Source of the DNA: Eubacteriales bacterium | GTDB lineage: Bacteria > Bacillota > Clostridia > Oscillospirales > QAKW01 | NCBI GenBank assembly: GCA_045576575.1 | Contig: JAZNGR010000130.1 | Span: 1 to 60,517, forward strand | DNA: 60,517 bases | Direction of reading: 5' to 3' | Made by a program: the position numbers and the translations under genes | Shown here: in pieces, positions 18,093 through 27,192 of the stretch | How the letters are laid out: every line of letters starts with the position of its first letter | Position numbering within the stretch: the first letter of the stretch is position 1 | Notes under the pieces: model-generated | The model's input: only the letters and a program-made list of their open reading frames with translations | Databases searched by the model: none | What the model was told of the DNA's origin: nothing

Positions 18093-18998
18093 ATGGGATT
18101 TTTTGAAAAACTGAAGCGAGGTCTTGCCAAGACCTCGCAGAATCTCACCTCTCAAATTGATTCGGTGCTTGCCGCATTCGGTAAAATTGATGAGGATCTG
18201 TTTGAAGAGCTGGAAGAAACATTGATTATGGCGGATATCGGTGTGGATACCACCATGGAGATCATTGAGCGTCTTCGCAAGGAGGTGCGCCATGGCCGTA
18301 TCACCAAGCCCGAGGAGATCCGCGGGCAATTGGTGGAAATCATCGGCGGGATCATGGAAGAGGAAGTTCCCCCCATGGTTCTTGACTCCAAGCCTTCGGT
18401 GATTTTGCTGATCGGGGTAAACGGAGTGGGGAAGACCACCACTGCGGCCAAACTGGCCAAGATCTATAAGGATCAAGGGAAAAATGTAATCTTCGGCGCG
18501 GCCGATACCTTCCGCGCGGCGGCTGCAGAGCAGCTTTCCGAATGGGCAGATCGGGTTGGCGTTGATATTATCAAAAGTCAGCAAGGAGCCGATCCTGCCG
18601 CAGTTGTGTTTGATACGGTGCGAGCCGCACAAGCAAGAAATTGCGATCTGATCATTTGTGATACTGCAGGGCGCCTTCATAATAAAGTGAATTTGATGAA
18701 CGAATTGGCCAAGATCCATAAGGTGATCGAAAGTCAATTGCCGGAGGCGGATTTTGAGGCGTTGCTGGTATTGGATGCCACCACCGGTCAGAATGCGATG
18801 AACCAGGCGCAGGAGTTTAAAAAAGTAACGGCCCTTACAGGTGTGGTATTAACCAAACTGGACGGAACCGCAAAGGGCGGTATGGCCATTCCCCTGAAGG
18901 CAGAGATGGGTTTGCCCATTCGGTTTGTGGGGGTAGGGGAGCAGATGGATGATCTGCAGCCCTTTAACGGATATGATTTTGCAAAAGCATTGTTTTGA
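18093..18998 (+). CDS. ftsY: Signal recognition particle receptor FtsY
   Basis: 301 aa. GVNGVGKTTTAAKLA, DTAGRLH and TKLDGTAKGG. Confidence 0.95.
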   Translation: MGFFEKLKRGLAKTSQNLTSQIDSVLAAFGKIDEDLFEELEETLIMADIGVDTTMEIIERLRKEVRHGRITKPEEIRGQLVEIIGGIMEEEVPPMVLDSKPSVILLIGVNGVGKTTTAAKLAKIYKDQGKNVIFGAADTFRAAAAEQLSEWADRVGVDIIKSQQGADPAAVVFDTVRAAQARNCDLIICDTAGRLHNKVNLMNELAKIHKVIESQLPEADFEALLVLDATTGQNAMNQAQEFKKVTALTGVVLTKLDGTAKGGMAIPLKAEMGLPIRFVGVGEQMDDLQPFNGYDFAKALF

Positions 18999-19007
18999 GG
19001 ATCGGAT

Positions 19008-19721
19008 ATGAGAGCAGACGGAAGAAGCGAAAAACAAATCAGAAAAATTCAAATCATTAAAGATTTCACCATGCACGCCGAGGGAAGTGTGCTGTATTGC
19101 CAAGGCAATACCAAGGTTCTTTGCACCGCAACGGTGGAAGAAAGCGTTCCGCCCTATCTTGCGGGAACCGGTAAGGGCTGGGTGACAGCGGAGTATTCCA
19201 TGCTTCCCCGCGCCACCTCCACCCGCAATAAGCGGGATATCAGCAAGTTGAAGCAGGCGCCTCGCAGTACTGAAATTCAGCGGTTGATCGGCAGAGCCTT
19301 GCGGGGCGCGGTGGATCTTTCCCTGCTGGGTGAGCGCAGTATTATCATCGACTGCGATGTGATTCAGGCAGACGGCGGAACCCGCTGCGCTTCTATCAGC
19401 GGCGGATTTGTTGCGCTGGCACTGGCAGTTGATCGTCTGATGAAGGCGGGCGAATTGAAGGTTAACCCCATCCAAAAGCAAGTGGCCGCTATTTCTGTGG
19501 GCGTTTCCGATGGGGTGCCGGTGGTGGATCTTTGCTATACCGAAGATTGCAAGGCCGATACCGATATGAATGTTGTGATGTCCTCCAAGGGCGGTTTTAT
19601 TGAAATTCAAGGAACGGCTGAAGGCGAAGAGTTTGACAAGAAGCAACTGGATACTTTGCTTACTTTGGCAAAGAGCGGTTGCAATAAGATTTTTAAAGCG
19701 CAAAGCAAGGTGCTTAAATAA
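19008..19721 (+). CDS. rph: Ribonuclease PH
   Basis: 237 aa. RADGR N-terminus, GWVTAEYSMLPRAT and CDVIQADGGTR. Confidence 0.95.
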   Translation: MRADGRSEKQIRKIQIIKDFTMHAEGSVLYCQGNTKVLCTATVEESVPPYLAGTGKGWVTAEYSMLPRATSTRNKRDISKLKQAPRSTEIQRLIGRALRGAVDLSLLGERSIIIDCDVIQADGGTRCASISGGFVALALAVDRLMKAGELKVNPIQKQVAAISVGVSDGVPVVDLCYTEDCKADTDMNVVMSSKGGFIEIQGTAEGEEFDKKQLDTLLTLAKSGCNKIFKAQSKVLK

Positions 19722-20321
19722 ATGGAAAAGAAATTTGTGATTGCCACCAATAATCCTCACAAGGTGGTGGAATTTAAAAAGATTTTGACTCCCCTTGGAA
19801 TCGAATGCGTTTCTTTAAAGGAAATGGGCATTGTTTGTGATGCTGAAGAGACGGGAACAACATTTGCAGAGAATGCTAGAATCAAGGCGCAGGCGGTTTA
19901 TGATATCTGCCATTTGCCTACGGTTGCCGATGATAGCGGCATCTGTGTGGATGCGTTGGGCGGTGAACCCGGCGTCTATTCTGCGCGTTATGGCGGTGAT
20001 GGATATGATGATCCCGGTCGAATGTATCTGCTGTTAAAGAATATGGAGGGCGAAAAGAATCGTAGCGCTCATTTTACCTCCGCCATTTGTTGCGTTTTGA
20101 ATGATGAAACGGTTTTGGAGGCAGAGGGATATATTTTTGGGCAGCTAACCCTTGAGCCACGCGGAACCCATGGATTTGGTTATGACCCCATCTTTTTGCC
20201 GGATGGATATGAGCAGACAACCGCGGAGATGGAAGGGGAGGCAAAAAATGCCATCAGCCATCGTGGAAATGCATTGAGAGAATTTGCAGAACAATTAAAG
20301 GAGTATTATCATGCTAAATAG
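19722..20321 (+). CDS. rdgB: Non-canonical purine NTP (dITP/XTP) pyrophosphatase RdgB/HAM1
   Basis: 199 aa. ATNNPHKVVEF, DDSGICVDALGGEPGVYSARY, FGYDPIF and ISHRG. Confidence 0.92.
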   Translation: MEKKFVIATNNPHKVVEFKKILTPLGIECVSLKEMGIVCDAEETGTTFAENARIKAQAVYDICHLPTVADDSGICVDALGGEPGVYSARYGGDGYDDPGRMYLLLKNMEGEKNRSAHFTSAICCVLNDETVLEAEGYIFGQLTLEPRGTHGFGYDPIFLPDGYEQTTAEMEGEAKNAISHRGNALREFAEQLKEYYHAK

Positions 20322-20595
20322 TAAGCAACGAGCAAAGTTGCGCGGTCTTGCTTCCAAAGAAGATACCATTTTTCAATTGGGGAAAGAAGGTATTACCGAA
20401 AACTTCTTAAAAGCGGTGGATACAGCACTGACTGCCCGAGAACTGATCAAGTTCCGTGTGTTGGAAAGTGCAATGGTAGATCGTAAGGAAGCTGCCAATG
20501 AGATCGCAGAAGCAACCAATAGTGAAGTGGTGACGGTGATCGGTACTAAAATTGTGCTGTATCGCCCTGCAAATCCCCCTGTGATTCAGTTATAA
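20311..20595 (+). CDS. yhbY: YhbY/CRS1-type RNA-binding protein (ribosome assembly)
   Basis: 94 aa. KQRAKLRGLA...IFQLGKEGIT. Sits in the conserved yhbY-nadD-yqeK-rsfS order. Confidence 0.85.
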   Translation: MLNSKQRAKLRGLASKEDTIFQLGKEGITENFLKAVDTALTARELIKFRVLESAMVDRKEAANEIAEATNSEVVTVIGTKIVLYRPANPPVIQL

Positions 20596-21701
20596 TGAGA
20601 AAAACACTTTTGTTTGGCGGAACTTTTGATCCGCCGCATAAAGGGCATTTACATCTTTTAAGATCGGCAATGGAGCATGAGCAGTTTGATCGCATTATTT
20701 TGATACCTGCGTTCATTCCTCCTCATAAAAATCATAAGCCAGCCCTTTCGTTTGAAGCACGCAAGGGCGTTTTAGAGGATTGGTTTGCCGAAATTCCAGG
20801 GATCGAAATCTCTGATTTGGAAGAACAACGGGGCGGAAGAAGTTTCACCGTTGATACGGTAGAAACTCTTTTGGCAGAGAATCCTCAAGATGAACTCTAT
20901 TTATTGGTTGGATCAGATATGTTCCTTTCTTTTGAGACATGGCGACGTTTTGAGGATCTGCTTCAAATGGTAAAGCTGATCGTTGGTTCTCGTGAAATTG
21001 GAGATTTTGATCAATTAAAGGCTTATAAAAACAAATTAGAGACGGTATATACGTGTAAAGGAATAATCCTTTGCAATATGGAACCGATCGTTTGTGCCTC
21101 CTCGTCTCTTCGTGCCTCCGGAAACGGTCTTGCTCATCGTGTTTTAGAGCATATTGGCAACGAATTGGATGTGAAGCGTGCTCGACATACCATGCAAGTG
21201 GCAGATTATGCCAAAAAACTGTCTGTCGTTCATGATGTGGATGCTGAGAAAGCCTACCTAGCCGGTCTTTTGCATGATTGCACCAAATGTTATCCCACCG
21301 AATGGCATCTTCATTATGCTGCGGAAAACAGCATTGAACTAAAGGAAGAGGATCTGGCTTGCCCGCAGGTGTTGCATCAAATCACCGGTGCTGTTTTTGC
21401 CGAGAAAGAACTGGGTGCATCGGATTCGGAGATCCTTTCCGCGATTTCTTGCCACACTACGGGGAAGGCAATGATGACTCCGTTGGAGATGCTGCTGTTT
21501 TTTGCAGACAGTTGCGAACCGAGCCGAAATTATCCCGGTGTTGAGGCGTTAAGAACAGTAGGAGAAGCGGATTTGAAACAGGGTACATTGATGTTGATTG
21601 AACATTTGATGGCACATTTGAATGAAAAAAATGCTTTTTTGCATCCTAAAACAAAAGAGGCAAAAGAGAGTTTATTGAAGGAGCTTGGAAAGAATGGATG
21701 A
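20595..21701 (+). CDS. nadD-yqeK: Fusion protein: nicotinate-nucleotide adenylyltransferase NadD (N-terminal) plus YqeK-type HD phosphohydrolase (C-terminal)
   Basis: 368 aa. N-terminal GGTFDPPHKGH. The C-terminal half has the HD-domain motifs RARHTMQV and AGLLHDCTK. TAATG overlap with yhbY. Confidence 0.9.
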   Translation: MRKTLLFGGTFDPPHKGHLHLLRSAMEHEQFDRIILIPAFIPPHKNHKPALSFEARKGVLEDWFAEIPGIEISDLEEQRGGRSFTVDTVETLLAENPQDELYLLVGSDMFLSFETWRRFEDLLQMVKLIVGSREIGDFDQLKAYKNKLETVYTCKGIILCNMEPIVCASSSLRASGNGLAHRVLEHIGNELDVKRARHTMQVADYAKKLSVVHDVDAEKAYLAGLLHDCTKCYPTEWHLHYAAENSIELKEEDLACPQVLHQITGAVFAEKELGASDSEILSAISCHTTGKAMMTPLEMLLFFADSCEPSRNYPGVEALRTVGEADLKQGTLMLIEHLMAHLNEKNAFLHPKTKEAKESLLKELGKNG

Positions 21702-22056
21702 AGCTGTAAAAATTGCGGTTAATGCGCTCAACAGCAGAAAAGCGATGGATATTGAAATTCTGCATGTTGGTGAAATCACGGTGATGGCAGATTATTTTAT
21801 AATCTGTTCCGGTTCTTCTTCTACCCAAATTCGCACTTTATGTGATGAGGTGGAATACATGTTGAAGGAAAAACTGGATTTGGCACCCCTGCATCGCGAG
21901 GGTCATCAATCTTCCAATTGGATTTTATTGGACTATGGATTTATGATCGTTCATGTATTCCATCGGGAAGCCAGAGAGTTTTATAAATTAGAGCATTTAT
22001 GGGCAGACGGAGATCATATTGACCCCGCCTCGCTGATTGAAGAGGAGGATGAGTAA
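21694..22056 (+). CDS. rsfS: Ribosome silencing factor RsfS (iojap)
   Basis: DYFIICSGSSSTQIRTL and DYGFMIVHVF. Start taken at the ATG at 21694 (GAAGGAG RBS 10 nt upstream) instead of the TTG at 21685. Confidence 0.9.
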   Translation: MDEAVKIAVNALNSRKAMDIEILHVGEITVMADYFIICSGSSSTQIRTLCDEVEYMLKEKLDLAPLHREGHQSSNWILLDYGFMIVHVFHREAREFYKLEHLWADGDHIDPASLIEEEDE

Positions 22057-22059
22057 TCA

Positions 22060-24465
22060 ATGAAGTATGATTACACCGCCATTGAAAAGAAATGGCAGAA
22101 ATATTGGGATGAAAATGAAACCTATAAGGTGGAGATTGACCATTCAAAACCGAAATTTTATGCTTTGGTAGAGTTTCCCTATCCTTCCGGACAGGGTCTT
22201 CATGTGGGTCATCCCCGCTCCTATACCGCGCTGGATATTGTTAGCCGTAAGAAGCGGATGGAAGGCTATAATGTATTGTATCCCATGGGTTGGGATGCTT
22301 TCGGTCTGCCCACGGAAAACTTTGCAATCAAAAACAAGATCCACCCTGCAATTGTTACCGAGAACAATATTGCGCGTTTTAAGAGTCAGTTGAAATCTTT
22401 GGGTCTTTCTTTTGATTGGTCCAGAGAGGTCAATACCACCGATCCTTCTTATTATAAGTGGACGCAGTGGATTTTTCTGCAACTCTTTAAAAAGGGTCTT
22501 GCCTATAAAAAAGAGATGAATGTTAACTGGTGTACCGGTTGTAAGGTAGTGCTTGCCAACGAAGAGGTGGTAAACGGCGTTTGCGAGCGTTGTGCCAGCC
22601 CTGTAGTTCATAAGGTGAAGAGCCAGTGGATGCTAAAAATCACGGAATATGCAGAAAAGCTGATTGAAGGTTTGGAAGAGGTTGATTTCATTGACCGCGT
22701 TAAAACCCAGCAGTTAAACTGGATCGGAAAATCCACCGGTGCTACCGTTCGTTTTAATACCACGGTTGGAAGTGAGTTGGTGGTTTATACTACCCGCCCC
22801 GATACCTTATTTGGCGCTACTTATATGGTTATCGCTCCCGAGCATCCGATGATCGAGGAGTATAAGGATCAACTCTCCAATTATGAGGACGTGATCGCTT
22901 ATCGTGAGGCGGCTGCCGCTAAGAGCGATTTTGAGCGTACGGAATTGGTTAAAGATAAGACCGGTGTGAAACTGGATGGCATTTGTGGTATTAACCCCGT
23001 GAATGATCAGGAGATCCCCATCTTTGTATCTGACTATGTATTGATGTCTTACGGTACCGGTGCCATTATGGCGGTTCCTGCTCATGATACTCGCGACTAT
23101 GAATTCGCTAAAGTATTTAATCTTCCCATCGTTCAGGTGGTAGCGGGCGGAGATATTTCCGAGGCTGCCTTTACGGATGTGGAAACCGGAACAATGGTCA
23201 ATAGCGGTTTCTTGAATGACCTTTCTGTTGAAGAGGCAAAGAAAAAGATCATCGAGTATCTTGCAGAAACCGGAAAAGGAGAGCCTAAGACTAATTATAA
23301 GCTGCGCGATTGGGTTTTCTCCCGTCAGCGTTATTGGGGCGAGCCGATTCCCATTGTTCATTGCCCCAAATGCGGACCTGTTGCCGTTCCCGAAGAGCAG
23401 CTTCCTTTACTGTTGCCTGATGTGGAAAGCTATGAGCCCACTGATAATGGTGAGAGCCCCCTGGCAGCCATGGAGAGCTTTGTGAATACTACTTGTCCCT
23501 GCTGTGGCGCCGCCGCTAAGCGGGAAACCGATACCATGCCTCAATGGGCAGGTTCTTCCTGGTATTTCTTGCGCTATATGGATCCTCATAATGATGAAGC
23601 GCTGGCTTCTGAAGAAGCTCTTAAGTATTGGGGACCTGTGGATTGGTACAATGGCGGTATGGAACATACCACTTTGCACTTGTTGTATAGCCGCTTCTGG
23701 CATAAATTCCTCTATGATATCGGTGTTGTGAAAACCGCGGAACCCTATGCAAAGCGTAGCTCTCACGGTATGATTTTAGGTGAGGGCGGCGAGAAAATGT
23801 CCAAATCCCGCGGCAATGTTGTTAACCCCGATGATATTGTACGGGATTACGGTGCGGATACTTTGAGAACCTATGAAATGTTCATTGGTGACTTTGAAAA
23901 GAGTGCTCCTTGGAACACATCTAGTATTAAGGGCTGTAAGCGATTCTTGGAGAAATCCTTCGGCTTACTGGATATTCTTACCGAAGGCGACGAGATTTCC
24001 AAAGAATTGGAGCGTGCATTCCACCTGACCATTAAGAAGGTGGGAGATGATATTGATCATTTAAAGATGAATACCGCTCTTGCAACCTTGATGAGCCTGA
24101 TCAATGAAATCAGCGCCAAGGGCTCTATTAATAAGAAAGAGTTGGAAATCTATATTAAGATGATCTATCCCTTTGCTCCTCATTTAGGTGAAGAAATGTG
24201 GGAAATCGGTGGATATGAGGGTGAACTTACCTATGCAGAATGGCCTGCTTATGATGAGGCAAAGACCAAGGCTTCCGAAGTGGAAATTGCCGTTCAGATT
24301 TTGGGTAAGATTAAAGGTCGCGTAATGATCCCCGCCGAAGCCACTGAAGAAGAAGTTTTGGAACTTGTGAAGAAGGATGAAAAGGTGTCCGCAAATCTGG
24401 ATGATAAAACGATTGTTAAGGTTATTTACGTGAAGGGCAAACTCATCAACTTGATCGTTCGATAA
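22060..24465 (+). CDS. leuS: Leucine--tRNA ligase
   Basis: 801 aa. HIGH-type motif [14 protein letters not shown] motif EKMSKSRGN, and the zinc-binding CTGCKVV/CERC cluster. Confidence 0.97.
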   Translation: MKYDYTAIEKKWQKYWDENETYKVEIDHSKPKFYALVEFPYPSGQGLHVGHPRSYTALDIVSRKKRMEGYNVLYPMGWDAFGLPTENFAIKNKIHPAIVTENNIARFKSQLKSLGLSFDWSREVNTTDPSYYKWTQWIFLQLFKKGLAYKKEMNVNWCTGCKVVLANEEVVNGVCERCASPVVHKVKSQWMLKITEYAEKLIEGLEEVDFIDRVKTQQLNWIGKSTGATVRFNTTVGSELVVYTTRPDTLFGATYMVIAPEHPMIEEYKDQLSNYEDVIAYREAAAAKSDFERTELVKDKTGVKLDGICGINPVNDQEIPIFVSDYVLMSYGTGAIMAVPAHDTRDYEFAKVFNLPIVQVVAGGDISEAAFTDVETGTMVNSGFLNDLSVEEAKKKIIEYLAETGKGEPKTNYKLRDWVFSRQRYWGEPIPIVHCPKCGPVAVPEEQLPLLLPDVESYEPTDNGESPLAAMESFVNTTCPCCGAAAKRETDTMPQWAGSSWYFLRYMDPHNDEALASEEALKYWGPVDWYNGGMEHTTLHLLYSRFWHKFLYDIGVVKTAEPYAKRSSHGMILGEGGEKMSKSRGNVVNPDDIVRDYGADTLRTYEMFIGDFEKSAPWNTSSIKGCKRFLEKSFGLLDILTEGDEISKELERAFHLTIKKVGDDIDHLKMNTALATLMSLINEISAKGSINKKELEIYIKMIYPFAPHLGEEMWEIGGYEGELTYAEWPAYDEAKTKASEVEIAVQILGKIKGRVMIPAEATEEEVLELVKKDEKVSANLDDKTIVKVIYVKGKLINLIVR

Positions 24466-24469
24466 GACA

Positions 24470-24502
24470 AAAAAAGAGATGTCATTAGACATCTCTTTTT
24501 TG
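24470..24502 (+). terminator. leuS Rho-independent terminator
   Basis: AAAAAGAGATGTC / GACATCTCTTTTT hairpin with a 4-nt loop and a T-run. Confidence 0.8.
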
Positions 24503-24526
24503 TTGGAAAGCATCTGCTGAATTTAA

Positions 24527-24580
24527 AAATAAAGAAGATACCTCAAAGGGTATCTTCTTTATTTGGCGCGCTTGCAGGGA
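24527..24580. repeat. Direct repeat copy 1: terminator-like hairpin plus a 17-nt duplicate of the tRNA-Arg 3' end
   Basis: AAATAAAGAAGATACC...GGTATCTTCTTTATTT followed by TGGCGCGCTTGCAGGGA. It parallels 24730-24781. The hairpins differ by paired (compensatory) changes and the 17-mer is identical. Confidence 0.8.
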
Positions 24581-24721
24581 CCTGTCTGCATTGCAGACAG
24601 ACTGCTTGACCGACCGCACACGATGTGCGCAGTACCCGTTCAAGCATCACACTCCTAAAAAACAGTCCCCCGGACTGTTTTTCTTAACGGAGCGTGCCCT
24701 CTCAGGGTTCGAGTCCCTGCA
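24573..24721. repeat. 149-bp highly structured segment bounded by 9-bp perfect inverted repeats (TGCAGGGAC / GTCCCTGCA) derived from the tRNA-Arg T-arm
   Basis: The left IR lies inside the duplicated tRNA 3' end. The right end (24705-24721, GGGTTCGAGTCCCTGCA) is an inverted 17-nt copy of the tRNA-Arg T-loop/T-stem. The interior holds three strong hairpins: CTGTCTGCA/TGCAGACAG, GCTTGA..TCAAGC enclosing GCGCACA/TGTGCGC, and ACAGTCC/GGACTGT. Confidence 0.7.
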
Positions 24722-24729
24722 GAATTAAA

Positions 24730-24765
24730 AAATAAAAGAGATACCCAAAGGTATCTCTTTTATTT
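24730..24765 (-). terminator. Terminator hairpin downstream of the minus-strand tRNA-Gly/tRNA-Arg unit
   Basis: AAATAAAAGAGATACC / GGTATCTCTTTTATTT, flanked by A/T runs on both strands, immediately 3' of tRNA-Arg. Confidence 0.7.
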
Positions 24766-24841
24766 GGCGCGCTTGCAGGGACTCGAACCCCGGGCCTACT
24801 GCTTAGAAGGCAGTTGCTCTATCCAGCTGAGCTACAAGCGC
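24765..24841 (-). tRNA. tRNA-Arg (anticodon TCT)
   Basis: The reverse complement is GCGCTTGTAGCTCAGCTGGATAGAGCAACTGCCTTCTAAGCAGTAGGCCCGGGGTTCGAGTCCCTGCAAGCGCGCCA. It folds as a cloverleaf with anticodon loop CTTCTAA, T-loop TTCGAGT and an encoded CCA. Confidence 0.93.
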
Positions 24842-24844
24842 ATA

Positions 24845-24919
24845 TGGAGCGGGTGATGGGAATCGAACCCACCTCCTCGGCTTGGAAGGCCGATGCACTA
24901 GCCGATGTGCTACACCCGC
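24845..24919 (-). tRNA. tRNA-Gly (anticodon TCC)
   Basis: The reverse complement is GCGGGTGTAGCACATCGGCTAGTGCATCGGCCTTCCAAGCCGAGGAGGTGGGTTCGATTCCCATCACCCGCTCCA. Anticodon loop CTTCCAA, T-loop TTCGATT, encoded CCA. Confidence 0.93.
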
Positions 24920-24934
24920 ATTGAACGCTCAAAT

Positions 24935-24963
24935 ATATTAGCATATTTTATTACGACTGTCAA
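24935..24963 (-). promoter_or_regulatory. Sigma-A-type promoter candidate for the tRNA-Gly/tRNA-Arg unit
   Basis: On the minus strand: TTGACA, 17-nt spacer, TAATAT, about 15 nt upstream of the tRNA-Gly 5' end. Confidence 0.55.
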
Positions 24964-24986
24964 GTGTTAATTAAAATAATTATCTA

Positions 24987-25015
24987 TTGCATTTTAACGG
25001 AAACTTTGCTATAAT
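24987..25015 (+). promoter_or_regulatory. Sigma-A-type promoter candidate for the histidine phosphatase gene
   Basis: TTGCAT, 17-nt spacer, TATAAT, about 35 nt upstream of the ATG at 25051. Confidence 0.5.
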
Positions 25016-25050
25016 TTCAGCGATGTTGGATTATATTAGGAGGAATTTCG

Positions 25051-25692
25051 ATGACAACTGTGATTTTAGTGCGCCATGGGCAGAGTGAAGCGAATATCGG
25101 CGATTTTTTCGCAGGCTGGAGTAATGCGGAACTGAGTTCTTTGGGAAAACAACAAGCAGAAGCGACTGCAGATTATATTGTTGAGAATTATAAAATTGAT
25201 AAAATTTATGCCAGTGACCTGAAACGGGCGTTTAATACCGGTAAAGCGGTTGCCGATCGCTTGGGGATGGAGGTAATTCCGGAAGAGGGAATGCGGGAAA
25301 TCTACGCCGGCGATTGGGAGATGCGCACATTTGACGACTTGACAATTGCGTATGCTGAAGAATATGACGTTTGGCTGAAGGATATCGGAAATGCAGTTTG
25401 CCCTAAAGGGGAGAGTGTGGCTGAATTAAGCAAACGAATCTATAACACTGTATTAAAGATTGCAAAAGAAAATGATGGTAAAACGGTATTGATTGCCACT
25501 CATGCCACCCCGGTTCGCGTAATGGAATGTATTTGCCGCGGTCTTCTCCTTGCGGAATTGAAGAATGTTTCGTGGGTTTCTAATGCATCGGTGACTGAAT
25601 TACGGTATGATGATGGCAAATGGGAGATTATTCGGTGCGGATATGATGAACACTTGGCTGGAATGAGGTCGAAACTGCCCGCAAATGTGTAA
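25051..25692 (+). CDS. Histidine phosphatase family protein (phosphoglycerate mutase-like, GpmB/CobC type)
   Basis: 213 aa. N-terminal catalytic motif LVRHGQSEAN and a C-terminal ATHATP histidine context. Confidence 0.85.
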   Translation: MTTVILVRHGQSEANIGDFFAGWSNAELSSLGKQQAEATADYIVENYKIDKIYASDLKRAFNTGKAVADRLGMEVIPEEGMREIYAGDWEMRTFDDLTIAYAEEYDVWLKDIGNAVCPKGESVAELSKRIYNTVLKIAKENDGKTVLIATHATPVRVMECICRGLLLAELKNVSWVSNASVTELRYDDGKWEIIRCGYDEHLAGMRSKLPANV

Positions 25693-25720
25693 GTCAAAAA
25701 TACTTTACACGGTATTTTGT

Positions 25721-26983
25721 ATGAATAAAGGAGAATCGGGGAAAGTGAAGATAAAATCCCGAAAATTAACGCAAAAGCAAGCGGGTTTGCTGATGTTTAT
25801 GTGTTGGCTCGCCTATACATCAGCCTATCTCGGGCGGCTGAATTACAGTGCAAGTTTGATTCAGATCGTGGAAGAACTGCAGATCACCAAAGCGCAGGGC
25901 GGTTTGGTGGCTTCGGTGTTCTTTTTCTCCTATGGCGCCGGTCAGATCATCCACGGAATGCTGAATAAATACTATAACCCCCGCTGGGCGGTCATGGGCG
26001 CGTTGGTGCTTTCTGCTGTATGGAACATCATGATGTCGTTCAGTTCTTTACCGATGATGATTGTCTTTTGGTTACTTAACGGTTTGACTCAATCGGTATT
26101 ATGGACGACTTTGACACGGGTACAATCCATGTATCTTGAAAATCACTCCTTGCGTAAAGCGGTTGTGATCATGGGTAGCTGTGTTGCTTCGGGAACCTGT
26201 CTTACTTATGCATTCAGCGCATTATTCGTTGAGTTTTCAAATTGGAAGTATTCTTTCTACCTCGCCGGTATTTTATTGGCGGCGGTGGGTTTATTATGGT
26301 TTGTTATTTACGGTAAATTAACAAAGAATGTAGAGCCTCGAGTTCCAAGTACTCCTGAGAAAAAGGAACATACAGAGCGCAAAGGATTGACCGCCGGTTT
26401 GATTATATTCTTTGTTATAATCTTTATCTTTGCAATCATTCATCATTTGATTCGTGACGGACTTACCACCTGGACGCCTTCAATTTTTTATGAATTATAT
26501 GGTTTGCCGGAATCGTATTCCATTTTGTTTACACTGGGTTTGCCGCTGCTCGCATTATTGAGTTCCGCGTTTTGCGTGAAAGTGAACCGATATATTAAAG
26601 ACCATGTTTATTTAAGCTGTTTCTTTTTTGGAATAGCGCTGATCTTTATTCTGACTACCATTTTGTGTTTACCTACCAATATCTGGTGGATCACCTTGAT
26701 TTGTTTTGCGATTTCTTCATTGGCATTGGCAGCGCTGAACAATATTATTACCTCTTTGATTCCCTTACAGATGCGGGATCGAGTAGACAGTGCAAAGGTG
26801 GCGGGCTTTTGCAATGCATTTTGCTATTTGGGCAGTACCATCGCCACATATTCTTTAGGTGCTATGGCCGATCATTTGGGTTGGAACAGTATTTTCTATT
26901 TGTTTATCGCACTGATTGTTGGCTCTTTGTTTATCGGAGTAGTATATCTTATTTTAAAGAAAAAGTATCCTATTGACAATTAA
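25721..26983 (+). CDS. MFS transporter (about 12 TM)
   Basis: Highly hydrophobic, with an MFS-like loop YLGRLNYSA and GAGQIIHGMLNKYYNPRW. The start is uncertain: ATG at 25721, or GTG at 25745 with an AGGAGA RBS. The ORF-track start at 25685 is unlikely. Confidence 0.8.
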   Translation: MNKGESGKVKIKSRKLTQKQAGLLMFMCWLAYTSAYLGRLNYSASLIQIVEELQITKAQGGLVASVFFFSYGAGQIIHGMLNKYYNPRWAVMGALVLSAVWNIMMSFSSLPMMIVFWLLNGLTQSVLWTTLTRVQSMYLENHSLRKAVVIMGSCVASGTCLTYAFSALFVEFSNWKYSFYLAGILLAAVGLLWFVIYGKLTKNVEPRVPSTPEKKEHTERKGLTAGLIIFFVIIFIFAIIHHLIRDGLTTWTPSIFYELYGLPESYSILFTLGLPLLALLSSAFCVKVNRYIKDHVYLSCFFFGIALIFILTTILCLPTNIWWITLICFAISSLALAALNNIITSLIPLQMRDRVDSAKVAGFCNAFCYLGSTIATYSLGAMADHLGWNSIFYLFIALIVGSLFIGVVYLILKKKYPIDN

Positions 26984-27001
26984 TGGAAAAGATGGTATTA
27001 T
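26973..27001 (+). promoter_or_regulatory. Sigma-A-type promoter for the riboswitch/ATPase unit
   Basis: Consensus TTGACA (26973-26978, inside the end of the MFS CDS), 17-nt spacer, TATTAT (26996-27001). The predicted TSS near 27008 coincides with the start of the aptamer. Confidence 0.55.
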
Positions 27002-27008
27002 TGTTTTC

Positions 27009-27130
27009 AGTTAAGGGAGTAGTCAACGCTTTTCCGGCGTGATGAGGCCAACATCTTGAAGGCAGTATGTTCTTCTGGCTTTGTTTGAAATGACGAGACT
27101 TATCTGTTTTCAGCAGATAAGTCTCTTTTC
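27009..27130 (+). promoter_or_regulatory. yybP-ykoY: Probable yybP-ykoY (Mn2+) riboswitch with a terminator expression platform
   Basis: 5' strand AGTTAAG followed by the conserved GGAGTAG. 3' conserved-like GGCTTTGTTTGAAATGACGAGA followed by CTTATCT, which pairs with AGTTAAG (P1). The same CTTATCT is the 5' arm of a perfect 12-bp terminator, GAGACTTATCTG / CAGATAAGTCTC plus TTTT (27095-27129). Called by recalled similarity to the L. lactis/B. subtilis aptamers, not by a covariance-model search. Confidence 0.55.
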
Positions 27131-27192
27131 ATTTATTCGGACAAGTTTGGGTATACCATTAACGATTTATTTTAGAACGGAGGAGTTCACTC

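Noticed and set aside
24564-24726. The structured segment next to tRNA-Arg as a tmRNA, SRP RNA, 6S RNA or an extra (intron-containing or long-arm) tRNA gene.
   Set aside because: There is no 5' acceptor strand (GCGCTTG, or AATTCTG for the + strand fragment). It has no GGAA-tetraloop/GNAR SRP domain IV motif and no tag reading frame or pseudoknot-scale length for a tmRNA. It is too short for 6S and lacks the large central bubble. It is kept only as a repeat/scar finding.
24466-25050. An integrated mobile element or prophage at the tRNA-Arg/tRNA-Gly locus.
   Set aside because: The duplicated tRNA 3' end suggests past integration. Only about 150 bp lie between the copies, though, and no integrase, excisionase or cargo gene exists anywhere nearby.
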